Shown in pieces: positions 10,865-20,022 of a DNA stretch of 64,000 nucleotides (position 1 is the stretch's first letter; every line of letters begins with the position of its first letter). A model generated the notes under the pieces. The model saw only the letters and a list, made by a program, of their open reading frames with translations. It searched no databases and was not told where the DNA came from. This stretch comes from Flavobacteriales bacterium UBA2619 (GTDB lineage Bacteria; Bacteroidota; Bacteroidia; Flavobacteriales_D; Sanyastnellaceae): positions 17,989 through 81,988 of the forward strand of contig DDJR01000048.1 in assembly GCA_002339135.1 (NCBI GenBank). The letters run 5' to 3'. A program made the position numbers and the translations under genes.

Positions 10865-10936
10865 GAATATCCTTTGGAACTGAAAGCCTTTTCTTGAAGT
10901 TTCAACCGTTGCATCTTTTTTTTACGAAGGATATTC
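10865..10936 (+). promoter_or_regulatory. Long-range inverted repeat (10-bp perfect arms GAATATCCTT / AAGGATATTC) in the queA-redoxin spacer; possible terminator or 5' UTR structure
   Basis: Arms at 10865-10874 and 10927-10936, extendable to 12 bp with one G-U. Encloses a small TTGAA-gt-TTCAA hairpin and a T8 run (10916-10923). Confidence 0.3.
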
Positions 10937-10952
10937 TTCCTACCTTCGCATC

Positions 10953-11606
10953 ATGAAGAAATTTACTACTGCTCCCCTCAACCTTATAAGCGCACTTTTA
11001 CTGTGTGTGTGTGTTTCCTTTTCTAGCGATGCCCAAACTTCAAACACGATTGAAATAGGAGACATCGCTCCATCAGCATCATACTCGATGATGAATGTCG
11101 ATGGTTCTCTGGTATCGATTAAGAGTGTAAAAGGAGAAAATGGCGCGCTCGTTATTTTCACATGCAATACCTGCCCATTCGTTGTGGGACGTGGAGAAAC
11201 AACTGAAGGATGGGCAAAACGATATGCTGGAATTGTTGCAGATGCTGCTGAAAATGGGTTTGGGACTTTGCTTGTCAATTCGAATGCCGCCAGACGCAAT
11301 GATGGTGAAGGTCTTTCAGATATGAAAGTCCATCATTTAGAGATGCAATACGGAGCTCCTTATGTTCTTGATGAAGGAAGTAAATTGGCAAATAACTTCG
11401 GAGCACGAACCACACCTCACGTTTTCCTCTTTAACTCTGAACTAGAATTGGTTTACAAGGGTTCGATTGATGACAATGTCGACAGTGCTGACCAAGTACA
11501 AGAACATTTCCTTACAGATGCGATTTCTCGCTCAGCTGAAGGAAAGCGCATTAAAACTCCATCTACCAAAGCTGTTGGTTGTTCTATAAAAAGAGCTAAG
11601 AGCTAA
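10953..11606 (+). CDS. Secreted thioredoxin-fold (redoxin/AhpC-TSA-like) protein
   Basis: Signal peptide, then VIFTCNTCPFV (CxxC) and TTPHVFLFN, typical of the thioredoxin fold. Confidence 0.75.
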   Translation: MKKFTTAPLNLISALLLCVCVSFSSDAQTSNTIEIGDIAPSASYSMMNVDGSLVSIKSVKGENGALVIFTCNTCPFVVGRGETTEGWAKRYAGIVADAAENGFGTLLVNSNAARRNDGEGLSDMKVHHLEMQYGAPYVLDEGSKLANNFGARTTPHVFLFNSELELVYKGSIDDNVDSADQVQEHFLTDAISRSAEGKRIKTPSTKAVGCSIKRAKS

Positions 11607-11627
11607 GCCAAGTTAGAAAATATTTTT

Positions 11628-13181
11628 CTACAGCGGGATGTTGCTGTGCTTTTTTCTGGGGGTGTTTTTAACCTTGTTCTTGAGCATCTCATAAGCTCTA
11701 ATTAACTTATCTCTCGTGTCTGACGGAGTGATTACTTCGTCTACGTAACCTCGACCAGCTGCATTGTATGGATTCGCAAATAGCTCTGCGTATTCAGCCT
11801 CTTTTTCTACAAGCTTGGCTGCAGGATCAGCGGATCCAGAAATTTCTTTTCGGAAAATAATTTCCGCAGCTCCCTTGGCTCCCATGACCGCAATCTCAGC
11901 CGTAGGCCAGCTGTAAACCATGTCTGCTCCTATGTTTCGACTGTTCATTACATCGTAAGCTCCACCATAAGCCTTGCGTGTGATTACAGTAATTCTCGGG
12001 ACTGTAGCTTCAGAGAAAGCGTACAGTAGTTTCGCTCCATTTGTAATGATCCCATTCCATTCTTGATCAGTCCCCGGAAGGAATCCAGGCACATCTTCTA
12101 AAACAAGAAGTGGAACATTAAAAGCGTCACAGGTTCTAACGAACCTTGCCGCTTTCCTTGAAGCATGGATGTCTAAAACTCCGGCAAGAAATGCAGGTTG
12201 GTTAGCAACAATGCCAATTGAACGTCCACCCAAACGAGCGAAACCGACAACAATGTTTTCAGCATAATCTTTTTGGACTTCTAAAAAAGTATGCTCATCC
12301 GCAAGTTCAGAAATGACCTCACGAACATCATAAGGTTGCTGAGCATTCTCTGGAATGATCGAGTCTAGTTTTTCACGCTTCTCACTTGTGGATACATAAG
12401 GTAAGAGCATGGCATTCTCTTCACAATTTTGGGGTAAAAAAGAAAGGATTTTCTTTGCTTGATCGATGGCCGCAGCTTCGTGCGGAGCTGTAAAATGCGT
12501 CACACCCGATTTTGTTGCATGGGCTTTCGCACCTCCAAGCTCTTCTGAAGTAACCTCCTCGTGCGTCACCGTTTTCACAACATTGGGTCCGGTCACAAAC
12601 ATGTATGAAGAACCCTCCACCATAAATGTAAAGTCGGTCAATGCTGGAGAATAAACTGCACCTCCTGCACAAGGACCAAGTATAAGCGACAATTGCGGGA
12701 CAACACCACTGGCTTGAACATTGCGGTGAAAGATGTCTGCATATCCACCTAAACTCACTACGCCCTCCTGTATCCTAGCGCCCCCACTGTCGTTCAAACC
12801 CACTACTGGAGCTCCATTTTCAAGGGCAAGATCCATGATTTTACAGATTTTTTCTGCGTGTGCTTCTGCAAGAGAGCCCCCAAGCACTGTAAAGTCTTGA
12901 CTGAAAACATAGATGAGTCTGCCGTTTACCTTACCGTAACCTGTCACCACACCATCCCCTAGAAACTTCTGCTTGTCCAGTCCGAAATTCGTGGAACGGT
13001 GAGTTACAAGCATGCCCAATTCCTCAAAAGTCCCCGGGTCCACTAGCAAACTGATGCGTTCTCGAGCAGTGAGTTTGCCTTTCGCGTGTTGGGCTTCTAT
13101 CCGCTTCTCGCCACCCCCTAAAAGGGCCTCGGCACGCATATTCTTAAGTCGATCAGTTGGCGTTTCTTGCTTGTTTCCCAT
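11628..13181 (-). CDS. Acyl-CoA carboxylase carboxyltransferase (beta) subunit; propionyl-CoA carboxylase beta / methylmalonyl-CoA decarboxylase alpha type
   Basis: 517 aa. [40 protein letters not shown] and VPGFLPG motifs of the carboxyltransferase family. No biotin carboxylase/BCCP gene adjacent. Confidence 0.9.
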   Translation of the reverse strand: MGNKQETPTDRLKNMRAEALLGGGEKRIEAQHAKGKLTARERISLLVDPGTFEELGMLVTHRSTNFGLDKQKFLGDGVVTGYGKVNGRLIYVFSQDFTVLGGSLAEAHAEKICKIMDLALENGAPVVGLNDSGGARIQEGVVSLGGYADIFHRNVQASGVVPQLSLILGPCAGGAVYSPALTDFTFMVEGSSYMFVTGPNVVKTVTHEEVTSEELGGAKAHATKSGVTHFTAPHEAAAIDQAKKILSFLPQNCEENAMLLPYVSTSEKREKLDSIIPENAQQPYDVREVISELADEHTFLEVQKDYAENIVVGFARLGGRSIGIVANQPAFLAGVLDIHASRKAARFVRTCDAFNVPLLVLEDVPGFLPGTDQEWNGIITNGAKLLYAFSEATVPRITVITRKAYGGAYDVMNSRNIGADMVYSWPTAEIAVMGAKGAAEIIFRKEISGSADPAAKLVEKEAEYAELFANPYNAAGRGYVDEVITPSDTRDKLIRAYEMLKNKVKNTPRKKHSNIPL

Positions 13182-13346
13182 ATCGCTAATTTACTGCATC
13201 GTCCTGAAGATTTAATACCCCTGTTTATAAATACCTGTTTTCGTGGTGCTTTTTTACAAGCCAAAGCAAGGAAGTTCAGTTTATATTTATACTGCACAAA
13301 AGCGACGGAAGAAGAAAATATAAATGATTGAAAAATACGTTAAACG

Positions 13347-13937
13347 ATGAAAATCACTTTTTATTTTCTCAGCATTCTCATGCTTTTCATCTTGATGACT
13401 TCGTGTCAAAAGACTGGCCTTTTAACTCGATATGGAATTTTCCATGTGAAGAACGACTCTACCGTTACGATGAATGGGGTCATCGGAGGAAGAACCGACA
13501 ATCAGTTTAACAATCTCCTGAAGAATCACACAAATCTTAGATGGATTGAACTTGGATACTGTCCTGGATCTAAGGATGATGAAGTGAATTTAGTTGTTGC
13601 GAAACAGATGCATGATTTGGGGATAAACACACAGGTTTCTTCTGCTTCTGAAATCGCATCTGGTGCAGTTGATTTTTTTTTAGCCGGCAACAAAAGAATT
13701 GTAAACTCAGGGGCTCAAATTGGTGTTCATTCTTGGGCTGGCGACAACAAAGTTCCTGCTGAATTAAAGGTTGATGCCATTGAGCATGATTTGTACATTA
13801 ATTTCTACAAATCAGTTGGCATGTCCGATTCTGAAGCTAGAGAATTTTACTTCTTTACCATCCTATCTGCAGAGTCGAACGACATCCATTGGATGACTTC
13901 TGAAGAGATAAAACACTTCGATATGGCAACTGACTGA
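13347..13937 (+). CDS. Hypothetical lipoprotein (possibly ClpP/crotonase-like periplasmic protein, COG3904-like)
   Basis: Lipobox MKITFYFLSILMLFILMTSC. The segment SASEIASGAVDFFLAGNKRIVNSGAQIGVHSW resembles COG3904-type proteins. Weak call. Confidence 0.5.
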   Translation: MKITFYFLSILMLFILMTSCQKTGLLTRYGIFHVKNDSTVTMNGVIGGRTDNQFNNLLKNHTNLRWIELGYCPGSKDDEVNLVVAKQMHDLGINTQVSSASEIASGAVDFFLAGNKRIVNSGAQIGVHSWAGDNKVPAELKVDAIEHDLYINFYKSVGMSDSEAREFYFFTILSAESNDIHWMTSEEIKHFDMATD

Positions 13938-14009
13938 ATGAGTAAATGGTCGCAGAGGTCTAAGAGGAAAGACTACACAAAGGCATAAAAAGCTATCAAA
14001 GAAAATAAA

Positions 14010-14579
14010 ATGGCCTTGACAAATAAAAACATCACAAGCACAAATATCCCTTTCACGAATCACCGATTGCTCTATTTTTCGATTGGATCTACTTTAGGTA
14101 TGTTCTTCTACGTGAAATGTTTTTTAAGTGATTTCAGCAACTGCTTCTTGCTCGATACGGGCGCAAATTCATTGGGTCTTTCTTTTTACTACACCCTCGA
14201 TATGGTTCAGACCTTCTTTGAAGAAAGGACTCGAACACAACTACTTTGCTACCGACAATTCCTTCAAATTTGGGACACTTTATTTGCCTTTATTTACACT
14301 TTAATGTACGCCTCGTGGATGATGTACTTCTTGAAAAATAAGCGACTATTTTTGATCATTCCTGTTCTTGCGATGTGTGCTGATTGGGCAGAAAATTACG
14401 TTGAGATGTTGATGCTAGAAACCTATTTAAATTCAAGTCCAATCTCCGAATCATTTGTTTCTTTGGGGTCTGGCATCAATTCATGTAAATGGTTGTTGTC
14501 AATTCTCACATATCTCATCATTCTGATTGGAATGATGAGCTCATTAAAAATATTTTTTACAAAATCCAAGCTGGGTTAA
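14010..14579 (+). CDS. Hypothetical integral membrane protein (about 4 TM segments)
   Basis: 189-aa ORF with several hydrophobic stretches. No family recognised. Confidence 0.5.
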   Translation: MALTNKNITSTNIPFTNHRLLYFSIGSTLGMFFYVKCFLSDFSNCFLLDTGANSLGLSFYYTLDMVQTFFEERTRTQLLCYRQFLQIWDTLFAFIYTLMYASWMMYFLKNKRLFLIIPVLAMCADWAENYVEMLMLETYLNSSPISESFVSLGSGINSCKWLLSILTYLIILIGMMSSLKIFFTKSKLG

Positions 14580-14620
14580 ATTCAATTTCAGCCTCACATT
14601 TAGAAAACATAACAGTAAAT

Positions 14621-14983
14621 ATGGACATACATGACGATCACAACGACGAGTCAACTGACCAACCCATGCAAACACATGAACATTCTGATGGCGAGTTCAA
14701 AGCAAAGACGAATGAAGAATTGAATGAAAAGAACCCCGCCAGACTCAAAAGAAAACAAGCAACTGAAGAGCAACTCAACAATCCATTGCATGGAGTAAAG
14801 CTCGCACAAATTTTAGAACGTCTTGTCGACCATTATGGCTGGGAGTATCTGGCTGACCGTGTCAACATTCGGTGTTTCATGTACAACCCTACGATGAAAT
14901 CAAGCGTCCGGTTTTTAAGAAGAATGCCTTGGGCTCGAGAGCATGTAGAGGACATCTACTTAGAGATGTTGGAAGACCGCTAG
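14621..14983 (+). CDS. VF530/DUF2132 family putative DNA-binding protein with acidic/His-rich N-terminal extension
   Basis: C-terminal NPLHGVKLAQILERLVDHYGWEYLADRVNIRCFMYNPTMKSSVRFLRRMPWAREHVEDIYLEM matches the DUF2132 pattern. Start set to ATG 14621 to avoid overlap with the membrane protein gene. Confidence 0.65.
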   Translation: MDIHDDHNDESTDQPMQTHEHSDGEFKAKTNEELNEKNPARLKRKQATEEQLNNPLHGVKLAQILERLVDHYGWEYLADRVNIRCFMYNPTMKSSVRFLRRMPWAREHVEDIYLEMLEDR

Positions 14984-14992
14984 AAGAAATTC

Positions 14993-15454
14993 ATGAAAGA
15001 ACTTCACTTTAGAACAGCAACTTTAGAAGACCTCCCGGTCTTGTACGATTTCGAACAGGGCATCATTCAAACTGAAAGGCCTTTTGACGAAACGTTAAGA
15101 TCGACTCACATCAATTATTATGATCTTGAAGCTTTGATTGAATCAGCCGATTCAGAAGTCATTGTCGCAGTCCATCAAAAAGAAATTATAGGATCGTCAT
15201 ATGTGAGTTTCAAGAAAGCTGCTCCATATTTAAAGCACACTTATTTCGCCTATTTGGGTTTTATGTATGTTAAGCCTGAATACAGAGGCAAAGGAGTTAG
15301 CAATAGAATCACCGAAGAAATTAAAAATTTGGCGCGAAATAAAAACATCACTGAATTGCGTTTAGATGTATATCATGACAACAATTCAGCCATCAGGGCA
15401 TACGAAAAAGCGGGATTGAAAAGACACATCACCACGATGAGAATTGAACTTTAG
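14993..15454 (+). CDS. GNAT family N-acetyltransferase
   Basis: 153 aa. Acetyl-CoA motif A-like VKPEYRGKGVSNRI and NNSAIRAYEKAGL. Confidence 0.85.
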   Translation: MKELHFRTATLEDLPVLYDFEQGIIQTERPFDETLRSTHINYYDLEALIESADSEVIVAVHQKEIIGSSYVSFKKAAPYLKHTYFAYLGFMYVKPEYRGKGVSNRITEEIKNLARNKNITELRLDVYHDNNSAIRAYEKAGLKRHITTMRIEL

Positions 15455-15518
15455 AGGAATGCTTGTGGAGGGGAACCAAGGGTACCGAGCGTATTTTCTT
15501 TATCCTGAAAATCGAGCA

Positions 15519-16175
15519 TCACATTCTTTTAACCAGAAGACATTTACAGACATCAAAGGTTAAAACAAATTGAGAATTGTCTTGAAGACCGACGACAATA
15601 CTCTTGTCAAAACTTTCAATCTGCTGAACTTGCAAGTGGGTCCCAAGCGTTATTTTCTTTTTATTTAAAAACAACAACAATTCTTTTGAACTGTTCGCTA
15701 GAGCACATAACACAATGTTTTCTCCTTCTTTGATTGACGTTAAATTAATGTGGTTTGATTTTGAAATCTTTCCGTTTTTATCTGGAATGGGAGAGCCGTG
15801 GGGATCCTTTGTGGGGAAACCCAGAATTTCATCCATTCTGTCAAAGAATATCTCTGAGTTCAGATGTTCCATCTCTTCTGCAATGTCATGAACCTCTTCC
15901 CACCCAAATCCCATCACTTCAGATAAAAACATTTCTGCCAACCTGTGCTTTCTGACAATTAACGCTCCTATTTTTTCTCCCTTCGCTGTAAGTTTTAAAG
16001 GCTTGTACTTTTGGTAAAGCACCCAACCCTTCTTCTCCATTTTATTGACCATGTTGTTCGCCGTAGGCTTGCTGACATTAATCTGATTGGAAAGTTCAGT
16101 GATAGACACTTCAACATTTTTTTGGCTTAGGAAAAAAATGGCTTTTAAGTAGTTTTCTTTAATTTGTGTCGGCAT
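15519..16175 (-). CDS. DtxR/MntR-family metal-dependent transcriptional repressor with C-terminal SH3-like (FeoA) domain
   Basis: ENYLKAIFFL, wHTH, RKHRLAEMFL, VHDIAEEMEH and DPHGSPIP motifs. ORF track start 16178 is TTG, immediately followed by ATG at 16175. Confidence 0.87.
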   Translation of the reverse strand: MPTQIKENYLKAIFFLSQKNVEVSITELSNQINVSKPTANNMVNKMEKKGWVLYQKYKPLKLTAKGEKIGALIVRKHRLAEMFLSEVMGFGWEEVHDIAEEMEHLNSEIFFDRMDEILGFPTKDPHGSPIPDKNGKISKSNHINLTSIKEGENIVLCALANSSKELLLFLNKKKITLGTHLQVQQIESFDKSIVVGLQDNSQFVLTFDVCKCLLVKRM

Positions 16176-16223
16176 CAATTCCTTTTGTAGAACGAATATA
16201 GAAAATATCTGAACAAGTTGTAG

Positions 16224-16241
16224 TGTTAGACTAGTCTAACA
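16224..16241. promoter_or_regulatory. Perfect 18-bp palindrome TGTTAGACTAGTCTAACA; candidate DtxR-family operator
   Basis: Read directly. Lies between a TTG (16218-16220) and the -7 box of the TonB-dependent receptor gene. TTAGnnnnnnCTAA half-sites resemble the DtxR box. Confidence 0.6.
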
Positions 16242-16244
16242 TAT

Positions 16245-16252
16245 TATATTTG
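16245..16252 (+). promoter_or_regulatory. Bacteroidota -7 promoter box TATATTTG (TAnnTTTG) for the TonB-dependent receptor gene
   Basis: Exact consensus match 20 nt upstream of ATG 16273. Confidence 0.5.
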
Positions 16253-16272
16253 CATCACAAAACAATTTTTCT

Positions 16273-18585
16273 ATGAAGTTTATAACTACCGCCTTGTCAC
16301 TGCTGCTATTTTTTAACCACATCAATGCACAGACAGGAGAAGTAACAGGGGTTGTCAAAGTGGACAACCAAAAACAAGGATTTGCAACTGTTTCAATTGA
16401 AACTGTGCCCATGGTTGGAGCCATCACAAAAGCAGATGGGACCTATCTATTCGATAAAATTCCTTATGCGACATATAAAGTCTCAGCTTCATATGTGGGT
16501 TTTAAGAAGCAAGAAAAAACAGTTACTATTGACGCAAGCAATCCCTCATTGGTCCTAAATTTTAATTTAAACGAAAGTTTAAACACGCTCAATGAAGTCG
16601 TCGTTACTGGAACGAAAACCTATAAAAGACAAACAAACTCACCAGTCATCGTGAATTTAATTAACAGCAAAACATTGGACAACGTACAAGCGTGCAATTT
16701 ATCTGAAGGATTGAAATTTCAACCAGGCTTAAGGGTTGAAACAAATTGCCAAACATGCAACTACACCCAATTAAGAATGAATGGTTTGGCTGGAGGGTAT
16801 TCTCAAATACTCGTAAACGGTCGGCCAATATTCAGTCCTTTAACTGGCCTATATGGATTAGAGCAACTCCCGACCAACATGATTGAACGCATTGAAATTG
16901 TCAGGGGAGCTGGATCCTCGCTGTACGGGTCAAGTGCAATTGGAGGCACTGTGAATGTCATCACAAAAACCCCCAAGCAGAATTCACATGAATTAAATTC
17001 ATTCTATCAAAATATAAATGGTCGCGCAAATGACAAAGTGCTTAGTGGCAACGCATCGTTGGTTTCAGAGAATAAAAATTCAGGCTTAACTCTGTTTGTG
17101 AACCACCGAGAACGTGGTTTATATGATCACAATGACGATCTTTTTTCTGAGCTCCCCCAACTGGAAAACACCTCATTTGGAACCAACATTTTCTTTCTGC
17201 CTAGGGAAAACCAAAAACTAGAAATCAGCCTGAGCAATTTAAATGAGACTAGATATGGTGGCGAAATGGTCGAGATGCCAGCATACTTGACACAACAATC
17301 AGAAGAAAGAATGCACAAGGTGTGGATGGGTAGTGTTGATTATCAGATAAATTTCAACGATGAAAGATCTTCTTTGATTGCCTACTTTGCCTCTCAAAAT
17401 ACGAAAAGAAAACACTACACAGGAATTTTCCCTGACGAAGAAACGGAAATACAGTCGCACATTGAAAACCCACCATACGGAACATCAAACACCACAACTC
17501 TTCAAGGGGGAGCGCAGTTAAATCACAAGGTTTACGACTTTATTAAAGGCACAAACACATTTATATTGGGCAGCGAATATGTTGTAGATGATGTGTTTGA
17601 TGAGATTTCTACTTACAACTATTTGATCGACCAAAACACCACAGACTTGGGAGTGTTTGTTCAAAGTGATTGGGAGCTGTCACCTTCGACAAGCGTGCTC
17701 TCGGGTGTGAGAATGGACAAACACAATTTAATTGACGAGCTGGTCTTTAGCCCTAGAGCCTCTTTGCTCTATAAATACAAATCCAACACACAATTTCGAA
17801 TCAATTACGGCACGGGTTTTAGAGCGCCACAAGCTTTTGATACAGATTTACATATTGCATTTGCAGGCGGAGGTGTTTCGCGGGTGTCTTTGTCCCCGAA
17901 TTTAACCCCTGAAAAATCTCAGAGCTTGAGCACATCCATCAACTATGACAAACCCAGCGAGAGGTTTATTGCTGGTTTCACATTGGAAGGGTTTTACACT
18001 AGGTTAAATGACGCGTTTTATTTACAACCTGTGGGGGAGGATGATTTTGGCGCTCTGTTTGAAAAACGAAATGGACAAGGAGCCACAGTAAAGGGGCTCA
18101 CCTTAGAGCTAAGAGCCAACTACGACAAGAAGCTGCAATTTGAAACTGGACTGACAGTTCAATCAAGCAAATTCGATGAAAAAATAGAATATATTGAGGG
18201 AGTAGAGGGCTTGAGAGAGTTTACAAGAACACCCTCAGAATATGGCTTTTCAACGCTGTCGTTCACTCCAAACAACAAAGTAAATGCCAACATAAATTAC
18301 ATCTATACCGGTAAAATGAAGATTCCACACTTTGCAGGAGCACCAAATCAGTTAATTGATGAAATGTTTACATCCAATTCCTATTCAGAATTAAGCGCGA
18401 AATTTGGATATACCATTCAACTGAACCAAATGCAATCAGCCATTGAATTGTATGGTGGTCTCAAAAACATCTTCAATTCATATCAAGACAATTTTGATGT
18501 CGGGAAAAACAGAGACAGCAATTTTGTTTTTGGCCCCTCACTTCCGAGGACAGTGTATTTCGGAATTAAATTGATGTCAAAATAG
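16273..18585 (+). CDS. TonB-dependent receptor with N-terminal carboxypeptidase-regulatory-like domain
   Basis: Signal peptide, CarbopepD_reg-like GEVTGVVKVDN...YKVSASYVGF, a plug with ETNCQTCNYTQLRMNGL, and a beta-barrel ending in a terminal aromatic-rich strand (YFGIKLMSK). Confidence 0.9.
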   Translation: MKFITTALSLLLFFNHINAQTGEVTGVVKVDNQKQGFATVSIETVPMVGAITKADGTYLFDKIPYATYKVSASYVGFKKQEKTVTIDASNPSLVLNFNLNESLNTLNEVVVTGTKTYKRQTNSPVIVNLINSKTLDNVQACNLSEGLKFQPGLRVETNCQTCNYTQLRMNGLAGGYSQILVNGRPIFSPLTGLYGLEQLPTNMIERIEIVRGAGSSLYGSSAIGGTVNVITKTPKQNSHELNSFYQNINGRANDKVLSGNASLVSENKNSGLTLFVNHRERGLYDHNDDLFSELPQLENTSFGTNIFFLPRENQKLEISLSNLNETRYGGEMVEMPAYLTQQSEERMHKVWMGSVDYQINFNDERSSLIAYFASQNTKRKHYTGIFPDEETEIQSHIENPPYGTSNTTTLQGGAQLNHKVYDFIKGTNTFILGSEYVVDDVFDEISTYNYLIDQNTTDLGVFVQSDWELSPSTSVLSGVRMDKHNLIDELVFSPRASLLYKYKSNTQFRINYGTGFRAPQAFDTDLHIAFAGGGVSRVSLSPNLTPEKSQSLSTSINYDKPSERFIAGFTLEGFYTRLNDAFYLQPVGEDDFGALFEKRNGQGATVKGLTLELRANYDKKLQFETGLTVQSSKFDEKIEYIEGVEGLREFTRTPSEYGFSTLSFTPNNKVNANINYIYTGKMKIPHFAGAPNQLIDEMFTSNSYSELSAKFGYTIQLNQMQSAIELYGGLKNIFNSYQDNFDVGKNRDSNFVFGPSLPRTVYFGIKLMSK

Positions 18586-18610
18586 CCCCGACTGCTTTGG
18601 GCATCGGAAG

Positions 18611-19999
18611 CTATGCAGGCACTTGTAACAAGTTCGGAGTTTGATCAACAAAGTCTTCGAGAGCTTGAAAGAAATTCAAAATGTCGTGCTTTGTGTTGTT
18701 CGCATTAATGGTAACCAAACGTACAAAGGTGTCGTTATTAAAAGAACCAAACCCCACAACAGCAACTTGATGCTCATAAAGAGCCGTGCAAAGTGTTGTT
18801 GGGTCAATGTTCTTGTAATTAAAGCAGATTGAGATCGATTCATCAAAACTGTATAACGTATAATCTTTGTTTTTTCTCACGTAATCGCGAGCTACATCTG
18901 CCAAAGTAAATTGTTGATCTACAATTTCACTCAGACCTTTTGTTCCAACGGATTTCCATAGAGTCCAAAACTTCAAAGCGTCGTTTCTTCTTCCGCATTG
19001 AAAAGATGTTTTACCTAGGTTGAAATCGTCACCATCGGTTTGGTACAAATAATCTGCTTCATTGTTAAAAGAATCATGCAAGTGCTTTTTATCGTTCACT
19101 AAGATGACCGAACATGTCAGCGGTGTGCCAATCATCTTGTGAGCGTTGTAGCTAAAAGAGTCTGACCGTTCTATTCCGTCTACAAGATGTTTGACCTTGT
19201 CACTGAAAATCACGCTCCCACAATACGCTCCATCTACATGAAGCCATATTTTGTATTTTTCAGTGATGTCCGCAATTTGATCTATGGGGTCAAAGGCTCC
19301 CAAAACTGTTGTCCCTGCTGTCGCGTTGACGTAAGTAGGAACAAACCCATTGCTGAGGTCTTCGGCAATTTGTGCTTCCAGTTTCTCAGGAATCATTCGC
19401 CCTTTTGAATCTGCTTGAATATATCGAATGTTTTTTCTTCCGATACCGGCAAAACTCGCATTCTTGTCATTCGAATAATGAGATTCTTCCGAAGTGTAAA
19501 TGACCATCGGCTTCGACATGCCTCTGTCTTTGCAATCTTGGTCCATAAAGTCACGTGCCATCACCAAGGCCATGTAGTTGCTCATTGAACCTCCGGTTGG
19601 AAAAGTTCCATTGCTTTGCGCACCATAACCAACAATGTCGCAAGACTGTCTGATGATTTCCTGTTCAATCCCCACTTGCGGCCCAGCAACTTTGTAGGTA
19701 TACATGCTGTTATTGAGCATCACAGCAAGTAAATCACCTAAAACAGCTTTCCCCTGTCTTCCCCCAAAAAGCTGGTTGAAAAATAATTTTGTGGCTGTTT
19801 TTGGGGTCGACACAAGAACATCTTTCAGAACATGTTTAAACTCCTTGTCCACCATTGCCTCCGCACTTAGAGAAAGATCGATCGAATCGTAGAGTTTGTT
19901 TGAATCAATGCGTTCAGCTACGGGATGCTTTTCTTCTTCGTTTAATAAGACTTCAACCAATTCATTAAATAGAACCAAATCACTATGTATATCAGACAT
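18611..19999 (-). CDS. Group II PLP-dependent decarboxylase; cysteine sulfinate decarboxylase (CSAD)/GAD-like
   Basis: 462 aa. PLP-lysine motif SFSYNAHKM. FFNQLFGG and NNSMYTYKVAGP strings align by eye with animal CSAD. 23 nt downstream of the CDO gene. Confidence 0.88.
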   Translation of the reverse strand: MSDIHSDLVLFNELVEVLLNEEEKHPVAERIDSNKLYDSIDLSLSAEAMVDKEFKHVLKDVLVSTPKTATKLFFNQLFGGRQGKAVLGDLLAVMLNNSMYTYKVAGPQVGIEQEIIRQSCDIVGYGAQSNGTFPTGGSMSNYMALVMARDFMDQDCKDRGMSKPMVIYTSEESHYSNDKNASFAGIGRKNIRYIQADSKGRMIPEKLEAQIAEDLSNGFVPTYVNATAGTTVLGAFDPIDQIADITEKYKIWLHVDGAYCGSVIFSDKVKHLVDGIERSDSFSYNAHKMIGTPLTCSVILVNDKKHLHDSFNNEADYLYQTDGDDFNLGKTSFQCGRRNDALKFWTLWKSVGTKGLSEIVDQQFTLADVARDYVRKNKDYTLYSFDESISICFNYKNIDPTTLCTALYEHQVAVVGFGSFNNDTFVRLVTINANNTKHDILNFFQALEDFVDQTPNLLQVPA

Positions 20000-20022
20000 T
20001 AAATTTATGTGTTTTATTCAAA

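Noticed and set aside
10865-10936. preQ1 riboswitch idea, because the element is next to queA
   Set aside because: The element lies downstream of queA, not upstream of a queuosine biosynthesis or transport gene, and its sequence does not resemble the preQ1 aptamers I recall. I kept it only as a generic structured element.
11002-11013. (TG)6 dinucleotide run inside the signal-peptide region of the redoxin gene, considered as a phase-variation tract
   Set aside because: Six units is short for slipped-strand switching. The run simply encodes CVCV in a hydrophobic signal peptide, and there is no supporting evidence.
13673-13681. T9 homopolymer inside the lipoprotein gene (also an A8 at 1611-1618 in the TPR gene), considered as contingency-locus tracts
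   Set aside because: Runs of 8-9 nt are expected occasionally in AT-rich coding DNA. Without population data showing length variation this is not a supportable claim.
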